Source of the DNA: Phoronis australis
Taxonomy: Eukaryota; Animalia; Phoronida
Direction: 5' to 3'
Assembly: GCA_002633005.1 (NCBI GenBank)
Contig: NMRA01000116.1
Coordinates: forward strand, 438,035 to 502,034
DNA: 64,000 bases
Shown: positions 26,630 to 47,507 of the stretch, piece after piece
How the letters are laid out: each line of letters opens with the position of its first letter
Numbering within the stretch: position 1 is the stretch's first letter
Notes under the pieces: model-generated
Seen by the model: the letters and a program-made list of their open reading frames with translations, nothing else
Databases searched by the model: none
What the model was told of the DNA's origin: nothing
Program-made: the position numbers and the translations under genes

Positions 26630-27420
26630 ATGTGTAATGTACATGTGTTCACTTAGTGTTTATACGTCTTGCTCTCAGTAACTCCCGACGCAGTTTCTAC
26701 TGCTCCAGCCGCTGCAGTGCGTCTGATGCCGACGCCAGTACGCTACCTGAAGAGTACTATGCCATAACGGGGTGTGTCGCTGAAACATTTGGATATTCAG
26801 CCTATAAAAATACACCCCCTTGTTAAAAGAGACCGATTCATATTGAAAACTTTTATGCAAAAGTTAAACTTTCCATTGAAATTTTTGTTCCGGCGTAGCA
26901 TAACCTTTTATTGAATAAAATTAAACGAATAACCAATTGAATTGTAACATTTAATTCAATAGTAGCTAAAGATAAGATTGTTAACGTTTTTCATGAGGAC
27001 TTTTGTCGAAAAAGGCACATTTATATACGTAGGGAAACTGGTGACGAAAACCCATCTGGGCAGAACGTCCCTTATACCCACGCGTGTAGGGCCCCCTGGT
27101 GATTTACTAACTGTTCTTCCTCTTGACGCAGTTGCTGTTGTTTCATTTGAAAAAAAAGAATAAGAAGGAACAGTTCCGTCAAACCAGTCGGACTGCACCC
27201 ACCAGTTACCGTCACTGCGATTTCACTACAAGCGCAAAGTAGATATGGCGGAAGCACCCTGCAAAAATGTACGTTACATGGTTCCGTTCTGTAGACGTTA
27301 GAATCTCGCGAAAACGCAAGCCTTCGCGATATGTTGCCATGCATTGCATGTGACCAAAGTAGCTTTTCGGTCTCAATGGTCGTGGGTCAACGAAACGCAG
27401 TCCAGATTCTTTTTTATGTT
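26630..27420 (-). pseudogene. Probable decayed C-type lectin (+ PAN-like) coding remnant
   Basis: Frameshifted pieces give a CTLD-like motif order: HMQC...FREILTSTERNHV...IYFAL / SDGNWWVQSDWFDGTVPSYSFF / NNSNCV / W...FC...FPYVYKC. Downstream PAN-like THCSGWSSRNCVGSY...NTCTL. Contains stops and frameshifts. Confidence 0.4.
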
Positions 27421-28728
27421 TTTCCGGTGTTATTTAACTGAAACTATCACCGCCACGGAACCACAGAATCGTAAGGTCTTTGGAGGAAAATTAGCTGTTG
27501 AAACAATGGATATCCACAATTACAAACATTTAAAGTTTTGTTGGTGACCACTCGAGTTCTCTGTGTTCGGGAATTAGAATACATGAGTCTTATCGGCGAA
27601 CTCATGTTTCCATAGTAGATCAAAAGTGCTGTCACTGACATAGGTGCGACATATTTGATTAGCTTAATTCACATCAGATATTATCAAAGAAAAATGGACC
27701 TTGTTAATTATAACGTATATCCACATGGTTTTGTATCCCGTAAGCATTTTCTTGTTCATTTTTCATAAACCACTGATTTGCAGTAAGAATCGAAATTCAT
27801 CGTAAAAACCATGTTTCTGCTTTCCGAAACGACAAATTTTCGTGGACCAATATGGAGGACAGCCGCTTTCTTAGCTCTGATTGGTTGTGACTAATAGCAT
27901 GACGTTCGACATGTTGAAATTATCCCTTCATCGACATTTTGCTATAAAAATGTTAATGGCACATACGCAAATAAGAGTCATGTTACTATTTTACCAAAAA
28001 TTCCTGCATTACATAGCCTATTCGTATGGTTCTAACAAACTAAGTTATAAATTTCAAAGAAATATACAAGAACATCAATTAACTTAAATCATACACAGCA
28101 CTTCATTTGTCGCAAATATCAGCATCTGAATTGTTCAAAAATCTCTCCTGTGTTCATCGGTAAGCCAGTCTATCAAGACTACGATCCCACAAGTAAAGCA
28201 TGCGTCCGCGTAAGAATTTCCTGCAGTATTCGCACGCAGCGAGCCGTAAAATTGCCAGACGACGGTCAAGATATTAGTTTTTCGGACGATATCAGAAATC
28301 GATGAAGACGCTCAAAACTTAAGCGTTTCTATTACGATTGATTGAAGTGGTCTTATATTGGGCAGAGCGTCTTGCATGTGGTCAAATCGAATAGTTGGTA
28401 TGTATTTTGAACTATCACGTTGGTTTTCACCCACCGTTATATATTTCCTCTATTACCCGGTTGAAAAACTGTAACAAGTGACCTCAAACGATCGACCATT
28501 GATCTTCAATTTTTTAGCAATGCTGTAATAAAGCGCCGGAGTTGGTAGGAATAACCATCATAAAACAGAATAAAGATTGCCGATGAGTTTATGATCGGAG
28601 TCAATTCTTACGCAGTTCATGCAGTTGCTGTTAGCTGCTGAAACAGGGAGTAGTAATTCCGTAGCAGTATCGGAATATTGGATGTATTGAACCAATCGCT
28701 GAGTTGCTGACATAACTCCCAACTCTTC

Positions 28729-28792
28729 CCAACGTACCCTGGTCGTCACCAACGTACCCTGGTCGACGCCAGTGTACCCTGGTCGTCACCAA
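28729..28792. repeat. 20-bp tandem repeat x3 (CCAACGTACCCTGGTCGTCA)
   Basis: Direct inspection. Confidence 0.9.
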
Positions 28793-29356
28793 TTTAACGT
28801 TCCGTAGTCAATTTTAAATTCGACCGATAATCGTCAAAATAGTGCTCATTTTTTAACTACGTCGTTAAGGTGGCTAACCTTTGAACTTAAATGTGTCGAG
28901 GCTTTCTCCAGTGCAAAGGCTATTACGAAGCAAGGTAATTGGTGTCTGGCATACAAAACCGTCTAGTTAAATGTTGGCGTACCGATCGCATTGTTGTAAT
29001 GCTAAGAGATGCGTATACATTTTCCCACCGAATCGACCAGAAACAAAACACACCTATAGGAAAGGTCTGCGAAAAGTAAGCGTTTGGTCGTTTCCATTTC
29101 CTGAAAATTTCCCCTTGAAATATGTAGTAATGCTGCGCAAAACACCGTTCGTACGCCAAAACGAAAACATCAACCGTCTTCTCAAATATTACTAACTGGA
29201 GGTAATAAACTCAATTAATTTTGCACGAAAAACCCTGTATACGACATGACTACGGTCGCCCTTTCGTGCTTGCTAACAACAATAATGCAACGAAAGACAT
29301 CCAATTTCCATATTATTTGCTTTTCATCAAACGCGTTAAGAAGTCTCTGCTCCAAG

Positions 29357-30333
29357 CCTGTAACGGTATTTACCGTCTCCCAGTATCTGAAATTGCACGC
29401 CTTATCGATTAACATTTTTCCTGCGATGTTAGACGATGGTCTTTTAACACAAACAATGCGTCGATTTTTTAATCAGAAACAAAGCAACGTAGATAAATGA
29501 GAAGCGGGTAGAACTAAGAATGGTTCTGGAACAGTTCAACACTATCCCCGATCATTATGAATCACAATAGTCTATTCCCCATAGCGACAGATTTTGACTG
29601 CCACTGAACTAATGAGTTTTATCATTAACAAGTGCATTTCGGGTTTACGTATATTATGGAATCTTTGACAAGTGCTTCCATCGCGCATCAACCGACATTC
29701 CTACTTAAGTCACATGCGACAAATTTATAGAATTACGTACTTTATAAACCAAAACCCCCAACATCCTGTGCTTTTCAGAAGTACCAGAGTATCATCGATA
29801 CATTATTTACAGACAGATAAAGTTCGTGTCCATATTAATACCGANCCTGTAACGGTATTTACCGTCTCCCAGTATCTTAAATTGTACGCCTTATCGATTA
29901 GCATTTTTCCTGCGATGTTAGACGATGGTCTTTTAACACAAACAATGCGTCGATTTTTTAATCAGAAACAAAGCAACGTAGATAAATGAGAAGCGGGTAG
30001 AACTAAGAATGGTTCTGGAACAGTTCAACACTATCCGCGATCATTATGAATCACAATAGTCTATTCCCCATAGCGACAGATTTTGACTGCCACTGAACTA
30101 ATGAGTTTTATCATTAACAAGTGCATTTCGGGTTTACGTATATTATGGAATCTTTGACAAGTGCTTCCATCGCGCATCAACCGACATTCCTACTTAAGTC
30201 ACATGCGACAAATTTATAGAATTACGTACTTTATAAACCAAAACCCCCAACATCCTGTGCTTTTCAGAAGTACCAGAGTATCATCGATACATTATTTACA
30301 GACAGATAAAGTTCGTGTCCATATTAATACCGA
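29357..30333. repeat. 488-bp near-identical direct duplication separated by a single N (29357-29844 / 29846-30333)
   Basis: The copies differ by a few substitutions and join exactly at N29845. Confidence 0.95.
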
Positions 30334-31134
30334 CGCCAGACACTAATCCTCAATTATGTTAAAACAGAGACATCGCGCTTACCCTTCAAGAGTTACATAA
30401 AATGCTAACGCCTTTTCTCGAAGCTATTAGTCAATTAAGGCATTTAATCAAACCGGGAATCAAGTGTCATCAAATAGTCACCACAAGAGGATGCTATTTG
30501 CTTTTCTTCTGAATAAAGTTTGTCCCAATCCACTCAGCATAGGGACAAGAAAGGGTGAATTAGTCGAATGTTAATGTGGGCAGACCTAGAGCAAGACCCT
30601 CATCACGAGATTGTGAACGGAAGGAAAGGACCAATATTACATAACATCCAACCCAGGAAACACTAACAACCTCAAAACTCATTGATAAAGCTCCCCGTAG
30701 CGACCTGTTTGTTTTTGTTGACTCGAGGGGCATACTTATTGTTTTTGTTGATCTAAGGGGCATGCTTATTAGGAATAACAGTCTTCTCCCCTCCCCCTTC
30801 CCATATAATCTTTGGATACTGACACAATTTTGTTATTGAGTGAAGTTCTTTTTCAAGTACTGGGAACCAAAAGAAGTTCCGTGGTTTGTGCGATCAGAAA
30901 TTCCAACTGACCTCTCAGTCGTGAACCTGACCTCTGAAATTGTAATGCACTGCGCTTTGAAAATGCCCAACTGGTACATTACCTTCATGCACAAACCCAA
31001 ATACAATTTTGACATTTTAAAGGCAATTCTTTTGGAGATTAATAACATAAGCAATAAGTAAAATATTTTTAATTTTATCAATATTTATAAATTACAGCAG
31101 AAAATAAATTTTCAAAAACTAGTTAAGTCTCCAT

Positions 31135-31206
31135 CCCTGCCGATACATCAGTCGCATGCTCTGCAAGAAAACTTTAAACATGTGACATCATTGTGACATC
31201 ATGGGG
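31135..31206 (-). promoter_or_regulatory. SECIS element in the SELENOM 3' UTR
   Basis: Minus strand: AUGAU-GUCACAUGUUU-AAA-guuuucuugca-GAGCAUGCGAC-UGAU. AUGA/GA quartet, 11-bp helix II (one mismatch), unpaired AAA at the apical loop; core 31147-31191, ~620 nt after the stop. Confidence 0.9.
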
Positions 31207-31808
31207 AGATAACCAGTCTTGTAAATTGCATACACTGCTCAAATGTTCACAACAATGACTCAAACTGCAGCCAGAGATTCAATGTTATTTGTTCACAATC
31301 AATGAGTAATCAACAACTAAAATTAATCATCTAAACATTGAATGACAAAATCAACACATGAAATAAAGTCAAAACTTTTGTTCAGAAATCAATTAAACAA
31401 CCTTAAAAAAATACATCTAGTTTACCCTAATTTTTCTAGATTTAACTAAAAACTTCACATTTTTTCTCACAGTTATATGGAAATGTAAGTAAGTAGAAAC
31501 AGTCTTCACACTAAGAGCATCGGTGTACAAACACTTCAGGCATGGGCACACAAAAATTAATTCTTTTGACTTCAAGTCATATTGCAAATATGAGCTAGGA
31601 GAAACAATCAACATTACACATTCAATCCTACAAAGAATAAGTACAAACAAAAGGGAGCACACTCGTCGCATAATTCAAACGAAATGAGTATTACGTCATA
31701 TTTGTACTGTTCCATGGCATTAAGTGATCGCAGGCATCATGATACATGACTTGTCACTGATGAGCAGTCCAATCCCTGGCTACAGTTATGAATCATTATC
31801 TGCTCACA

Positions 31809-34800
31809 TTATAACTCTTCTTTCTGTATATCCTCTTCATCTTTCCCCTCATCAACCTTTCTGTTGAATCCTCGACTAACCAAGAGCTCGTTGCACTCTT
31901 CTCTGTTGTACTTGGTCAAATCAATGCGCTGCAACAAACAAGACACTGTTTAACACGTAGACAGTTGTCGCTCAACATAGACCATTCAACCTTTACACGT
32001 TTCTGAACAAATAAACACTCAATATTACTGGGCAACGTTAATACTCCGCTTGTTTTCAGAAACTGTTTAGTAGATGGATGTGAGCCATTTTCACTTGAAG
32101 GTCAAAAATCATTTGGAAACAATTTGGCAGACAATTGAAATTTTTTGTCATTTTTTTCACAAAAGATATGTAGCATCAAACTAATGCTTTAGCATGATTA
32201 AGTTCTGTAGCGTAACTAGCATCAGGAAATATTTTGAGATATTTTGGGGATTCACAGCAATGTTAGAAGACATTGAAAAACGAAAAAGGGTAATTTGGCA
32301 AAAATTTAATATTATCTGAAATTGGTGAGATCATAAATTGTAGAAATTTCTGCAAATAAATATTACCATTATTTAGAAATTCTATTTTCAAATGCTCCCC
32401 CTATTGAGCAGGATTCAACCATGTACAATTGATTACAGAGTACAAACATGATTAAAACAATTAATTACAAAGTATCCAGGAGTCACGAGATCCATACTCC
32501 ATTAATGACATTGTTCACCTGATCTTATTCAAGCACACAAGTAGTAATAATAATAATCTACCTGAGGTGCATGGTGGGGAAATTATAAGGAAAGACAGAA
32601 TTTTTACATAATGGCGGCCTTAATTTGCCAAAAATGAACACACACGACTTGGACACTTTTTGGGAATTAAAAGCCTAGGGAACTTTTTGAAAATCTTTGG
32701 TACAAAATATTTCGAGGAACCCATTTCTGATTGATTTACATTTGAGTAAACGATCAAATAATAACATAGAAATAGAATAACTCAGAAAGTTTGTTAAAAA
32801 TTTATCCATTTTTTTCTACTCACCTCGACTACCTCATCAGAGGAATTAAGTAACAACAGATCCGGGTTGGCTCCAGGCTTGGCCTTGAACTCAGCATTTT
32901 CACTAGTTTCATTAAGGAACAATTTATTTAGAATTCACGTACTCCACCAGCTTAAGAGAAATTGAAGACCAGGCATTATAATCAATAACCCAATAACATT
33001 TCGCTTTATTTCTAAACGCATCATCATCTGGTAAAGCACACATATTCATCTCAGTTAAAACTGAGTGAGAAGACTGATTTTCTACTATAGTTGTAGGTTG
33101 AATGAAGACCCCTGCTTTCCTAAATGACAACTGACTCCTGTACAACTTTTCTTTGTTATGCTCTGTTGTTATTAATACAGTTTGCTCCATGCTGGTTAGA
33201 TTGACAACGCCTACGCACTGGATTTATCGCTTTACAAATGGTGCTCAGCAAGCCACTATCCCAACCCTCTCTAAGTTAAGCCTATAAAAATTCACCTCAG
33301 TTTTCACATGCAATTTATACTTTTGTACTATAATGATATGGGATATTTCAAATGACTTAAGAATATACATAGGCCTAATTCCAAGAAGGTTGGGAGAGGG
33401 TCTCGCTGAGAACTCCGCTGACGCAACAGTAGGGTGTTCTCCACAACTGAAAATTCAAACTCAGTGAGAATAGTAAAATTCACAAACATGTCCAAAATTT
33501 CAGGTCCATGGTTGTAATGGTTTGTACACAGTCTTGTAATCAGTACAGTGAACTAGTCCCAAACACCCAGAATGTTTCGTGTTAATGAAGATATGACCTA
33601 TATCTCCTAAGGGTTCAAACTTGTTGCATTGCCTACAAAGTTTGACGCATGTGAACAAAACTCATCTCCGTAAACTTCTAACTCGTCAAATCGGGTTGTG
33701 AAGAAGACTGCAATAACATATACTATCAACATGTACATCTAACATACAGCTGTAACACAACATAGCAACAGATTCATTGATGACAAGTTGAATGTAAAGG
33801 ATACTATAAAGGGACATCCTCGAAGATGAACTTCTTCACCTGAGGATATCGATTCAATCGTCATCCACTGCAGCTCTACAACACAGAAGAATATATTATC
33901 AAGTTAGTTCATCTACAAGATAACACATTTATGCCAACTCTCTCACCTCTAGCTTTATACGGCAATAGCACACTGAGGCCAAGTCTCGCACCTCTAGCTA
34001 TATACGGCAATAGCACACTGAGGCTAAGTCTCGCACCTCTAGCTCTATATAGCATTAGCAAATGACAAACGAGCAGCGCACTAAGCATTGACCAGCAGGT
34101 TAAAGATTTCAACCAGAAACTCTGAGTTTTGAGATGGAAAAATCCCCTGGTGTGGCCTCATTTTCCAAGAAATTGATTAGATTTCCTGCTTTGACAGCAT
34201 CATACCCAAGTCAGGACGTAGAAGCGTGACCACCAATTTTCAGTATACTTTACGTAATTGTCTAGTGTAATCAGCGAGATGATTGTCAAGACATTCTTTG
34301 ACACAAGCTTCCATATCAATACGTCCTTTCTTTGTGGTTGCTCTTATAGTCATAGACCAACAGACAAGTTTTGGCCTTTTCAGTTGAGCCTGACACCATA
34401 TGGTGAAATAAACTGGACACGGTCCTACATTCCTCTCACCAAAAATGGAAATGCTTTGCCCCTGTCGCTGGCTAGCTGTAGTTTTTCAAAGAGTATAGAC
34501 GTTACAGAAAACAGCCAAGTTCTTCGCAAGACAATGCCTTATGCAGAGTGTGGCTGTGAAAAAGCACAATTTCGATTCGTTGATAACGTGGCTCATGCCA
34601 GGAACCAGTTTTCACTGAATAATTAGAATAATTCAGTGAAAACTGATCCCAGGCAGCCATTTTGAAGAGCAAAGGCACCTGTCTATTGGACATTTACTGG
34701 AAGCACCCCCCACGGCTCCGTATGATCATGAGGACTGCTGAGAATTTCTGGTACCGAATAACAGCCCCTCTAAATGACTTGCTACTGGGTAATTGCTTTT

Positions 34801-36028
34801 TGGCCGCTAAACCTACACTGTCACTTGAGAGGCCGTACTGGACCACCAGGTGTGGACAGACAGATTTTCTACAGTTTAAAAACTTAGCTTAGGTTTGCAT
34901 GTAATGAGATTAAGATTGTAATGTATTCTAAATCTCTTTACAATTGATATCCGCAAGATACTTCTAGTATTATTGGTATTGCAAGAAGCTAAATGTGCAA
35001 GTACAACACACAATATGTTAGGCAATTACGGTGACCACAAGCGATAGTGTACCCCCATAAAAAGTTACTCATTTGAAAATAGAATAAAATCGAATGAAAG
35101 ATGCACCTTGGCTGGCTATACAAGGGCTACAGTACTCCCCATCAGTTTCTGAATGTCATCTTGTGTATTTTAAATGGATGGTAGCCAATATACCGTACAG
35201 TCAACAAATAAGTGGTTTTCACCTTGCTAAAAATACATTTCACAATTAAAACTGACTTTAAAAAGCGCTTACTTTCTTCATCGATACTTTCTGGTTCTGC
35301 ACATCTCCTCGATGAAGCATGTCAAGATGAATGAAGATGACTTTGGCAAAGGATTCCAACTCCACTTTTTGTAACTTTTTTTGCTGCGCGCAATTTAACC
35401 ACAGAAATTCAATATGGCAACAAGACCGTGCATGACCTGGCGCGTGACAGTTGCAAAAAGTAGCATGGGACGATATCCAGTGGGATTTATAGGATTTATG
35501 TCCATTGGAATTTTAGTTCATCAACAGACGTGATTTCGTGTAACTTTCCTAAAATGGCATCCGGAGAAGGAAACTCGACATATTTTATGGATTTGTTCAA
35601 ATTATGTTGACAGAATAGTCTCCAGGCCAGGGTCAATTGTAACCCACTGCGTACATATGCATACTTCACTTGAGTTTATTCACTTTATATTTTTAAATGA
35701 GTAACTTTTCTCATAGGTAGGTCACCGCCCCTGTATGCCTGTGGCATTACAGGGCGATGTAATTGTCTACCAGCCGAGCGGCTACGTGTTGCCTATCGTA
35801 TCGAGTATCGAGTAATCGACACGTAAGCAAAGTCAACAAAAAGGGAAAAATGTGTAAAGGTCTGATTGGTTGTAATTGTAGATTAAAAAGAGAAATTCTG
35901 TTATGAACACAGTATAAAATGCATACCTCAACTCTGGCCTTAACAACTTCTGTGTTAGTAACTTCTGAGTCGCACAAAACGCAAATTAGCGACAAAGCAA
36001 GAACTGCCAACTGTGCAGTGGCAGCCAT
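31809..36028 (-). CDS. SELENOM: Selenoprotein M (123 aa, Sec at in-frame TGA 33861-33863)
   Basis: Exons 36028-35927, 33875-33805, 32902-32824, 31928-31809 give MAATAQLAVLALSLICVLCDSEVTNTEVVKARVE-SCSGURLNRYPQVKKFIFEDVPLY-ENAEFKAKPGANPDLLLLNSSDEVVE-RIDLTKYNREECNELLVSRGFNRKVDEGKDEEDIQKEEL. Signal peptide, CxxU, C-terminal KEEL ER retrieval signal, SECIS downstream. Confidence 0.95.
33931..34050. repeat. Short tandem repeat (~48-bp unit) in SELENOM intron 1
   Basis: CACCTCTAGCT.TATACGGCAATAGCACACTGAGGC.AAGTCTCG repeated about 2.5 times. Confidence 0.85.
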
Positions 36029-45101
<9,073 letters not shown>

Positions 45102-47507
45102 TATTCAAAAAATTCACCCTGTTAAATGCTTGCTATAAATAAATATGAGTAACTTTTGTGTATCTATATCTTCAAAACTCGATGCGTTTTGGTATCCATG
45201 GCGTCGTCATTAATATAACTACGGATACAACCATCTATGCACATACAGTCAGTGGTTGGAGTATACGTCCTAATTCAGCTCGACACTAAAAAATTTCACT
45301 TCCTTCATCCATGTTTGATTACCCGTAAATCATTTATCACAGATGGAAATCAGTTATGTAGTTATGTAATGTTTCCATAATCTTATGGAGATCTATTATG
45401 ATGGAACAACTGTTTTTGTTTGTAGGTTTAAGTTTTGCTTGCATCAAAACGTTGGTTTGCATGTTTATTGGCAATGTGTTGTTTGACCTACAAGACTAGA
45501 AACTAGCAACACACAAACATTTAAACAACTCTGAACTTTAAAAGCTAGGTGGAGACGCCTGTTGAAAACAGTTGCTATATTTCCTTTCTCTCTCTAACAA
45601 ACGAGAGCATCAACTTGAAATAAAAACTTCTTGGACAGGAATAATAGAAAAAGCAAACTTATATTTTATTTATAGCCTTTAATAAAACAATATGAGGAAA
45701 TACAATAATAAAAATAATCCACATAGCAGCAGGGCGTTGCTTGAAACCAATACAAGTACAGACAAGATAGTTTGGAATGGCAGGATGTATGAAATGGACA
45801 GCACCAGAAATAGTAGCGCTCTCAAGTGTTTGTGCATGAAAATATCTACTGATACCAAATATCACCACTATCCCTTACTAAGCTCAAGATTATCAGTTGC
45901 TCTAGACATTTCCATCACTTTAAACCAATGACTAGTAGGTATCTTAATATGACTTGAACGTAAACAGTGCAAGAAACCAGGCCTTCTGTCAAAAACCAAC
46001 TTTTGATTTAGGCCACTTAACTTATAAAAATAGGTTGCCATGGCAATGACAGCAGGTTAGTATCAGTTCCCACGGCAGTATGGAACTTCAGGCATTTTAC
46101 TCTTAATACCAATTTCAATCCAAACGGAGGATACTTAAAGCAATAATATTCCTTTTTTGACACTTGAACATGGTTAATAATGACTTTAACTGCACTCAAC
46201 ATAGAGTCTAAATGACAAATACGAAATTTCACATAACCACTAGCATTCGAGCCAGGAGAGTTTAAACAACCCTCAGACTTATCCCAAAGGGTGCAGATCT
46301 AGCCCTGCTTTGTTACGTTGCTCACTATAAACTGGTGCTAATTGTCACTAAAGTGGAGAAGAGGTTTAGCCATTAGCAGCAATCAAGTCCTTGGTCACCC
46401 GAATTATAATACATAACTTAACACTGTGACGAAGAGGTAGTTTAAGACTAGTGACTTGAAATTGAAAGATAGTAATTCTCCATACACCTGACTACCACTG
46501 GTGTGCAAACGTTCTTACAACAGAGGCAAGGACACAATATTAACATGAACTCTACAATGAAATTTGCACAACATACCACTGCTGTACAAACTTCACAAGG
46601 AATTACTTCGTTCACACAATTTCTTGTTTCAAATAAAGCACCAAAAAGAATGTAACTAAATTACATGCACAAAATGAACAAAACGTGAAAGTGCTTTTCA
46701 TGTAAAGTATTAACAACTTAAGAGATGGGTCAACTGTGAACAGCTAAGTTAAATAACATCAAATCTACAGGTAGCAAGCATGGACTTGTTACAATTTAAG
46801 AAATCAGCTCTGAACAAACTGAATGAAAGCAATTTTGATGCACACGATTAGGCAACTCACACATGCACAAACACTCTGTATACACAAGGTGCTGAAAACA
46901 GATAGACCTAATTTGAAAAGCAGTATACTTTACCTACGTCGCAAGTGCACAAAAAGATGGAACGGTTATCAAGTTTTACAAGCCGCTAAATAAATGCGCC
47001 CACCACTGCAGAACATGACAAATTTCACAAAATTACTCTTGTCCATCCTTTTTAAAAGATACAGAAGGTACATTTTCAAAGCAATTGGATGCAGAATCAA
47101 CTATTAAAATAAGTGACATATATTTCTGACACATCATTTGAAATGAAATCACTTAACATAATAAATAAGTCACGAGGCACCCTCCCTCATGAATGCCACC
47201 TTGCTGGTGAAAAACTTCATGTTTTTTCATTCAGATAATAACAAGAGTACACTGCCTTCATTATCACAATATCAAGTCCTCCAATGTCCCATATTTACCA
47301 CATTAAGCTGATTTGAAAACTCAGATAAAAACAGACTGAACAGCACAAGTATACTGAACAATTTTCATTGCCTACTGAGCTTTGCAACTCGGCACCAGTA
47401 ACATTCATAATTCCAATTACATATGGAAGAGTACTGAAATACAGGGGGTAGATTCACTTGTGAGCTTGTGATGTCATTCCTGCACACTTTAGCAGCAGGG
47501 GCCAGTT

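Noticed and set aside
31621-31800. Other ATGA-containing hairpins nearer the SELENOM stop as the SECIS
   Set aside because: They lack a proper 11-12-bp helix II with apical AA; the 31147-31191 element fits far better.
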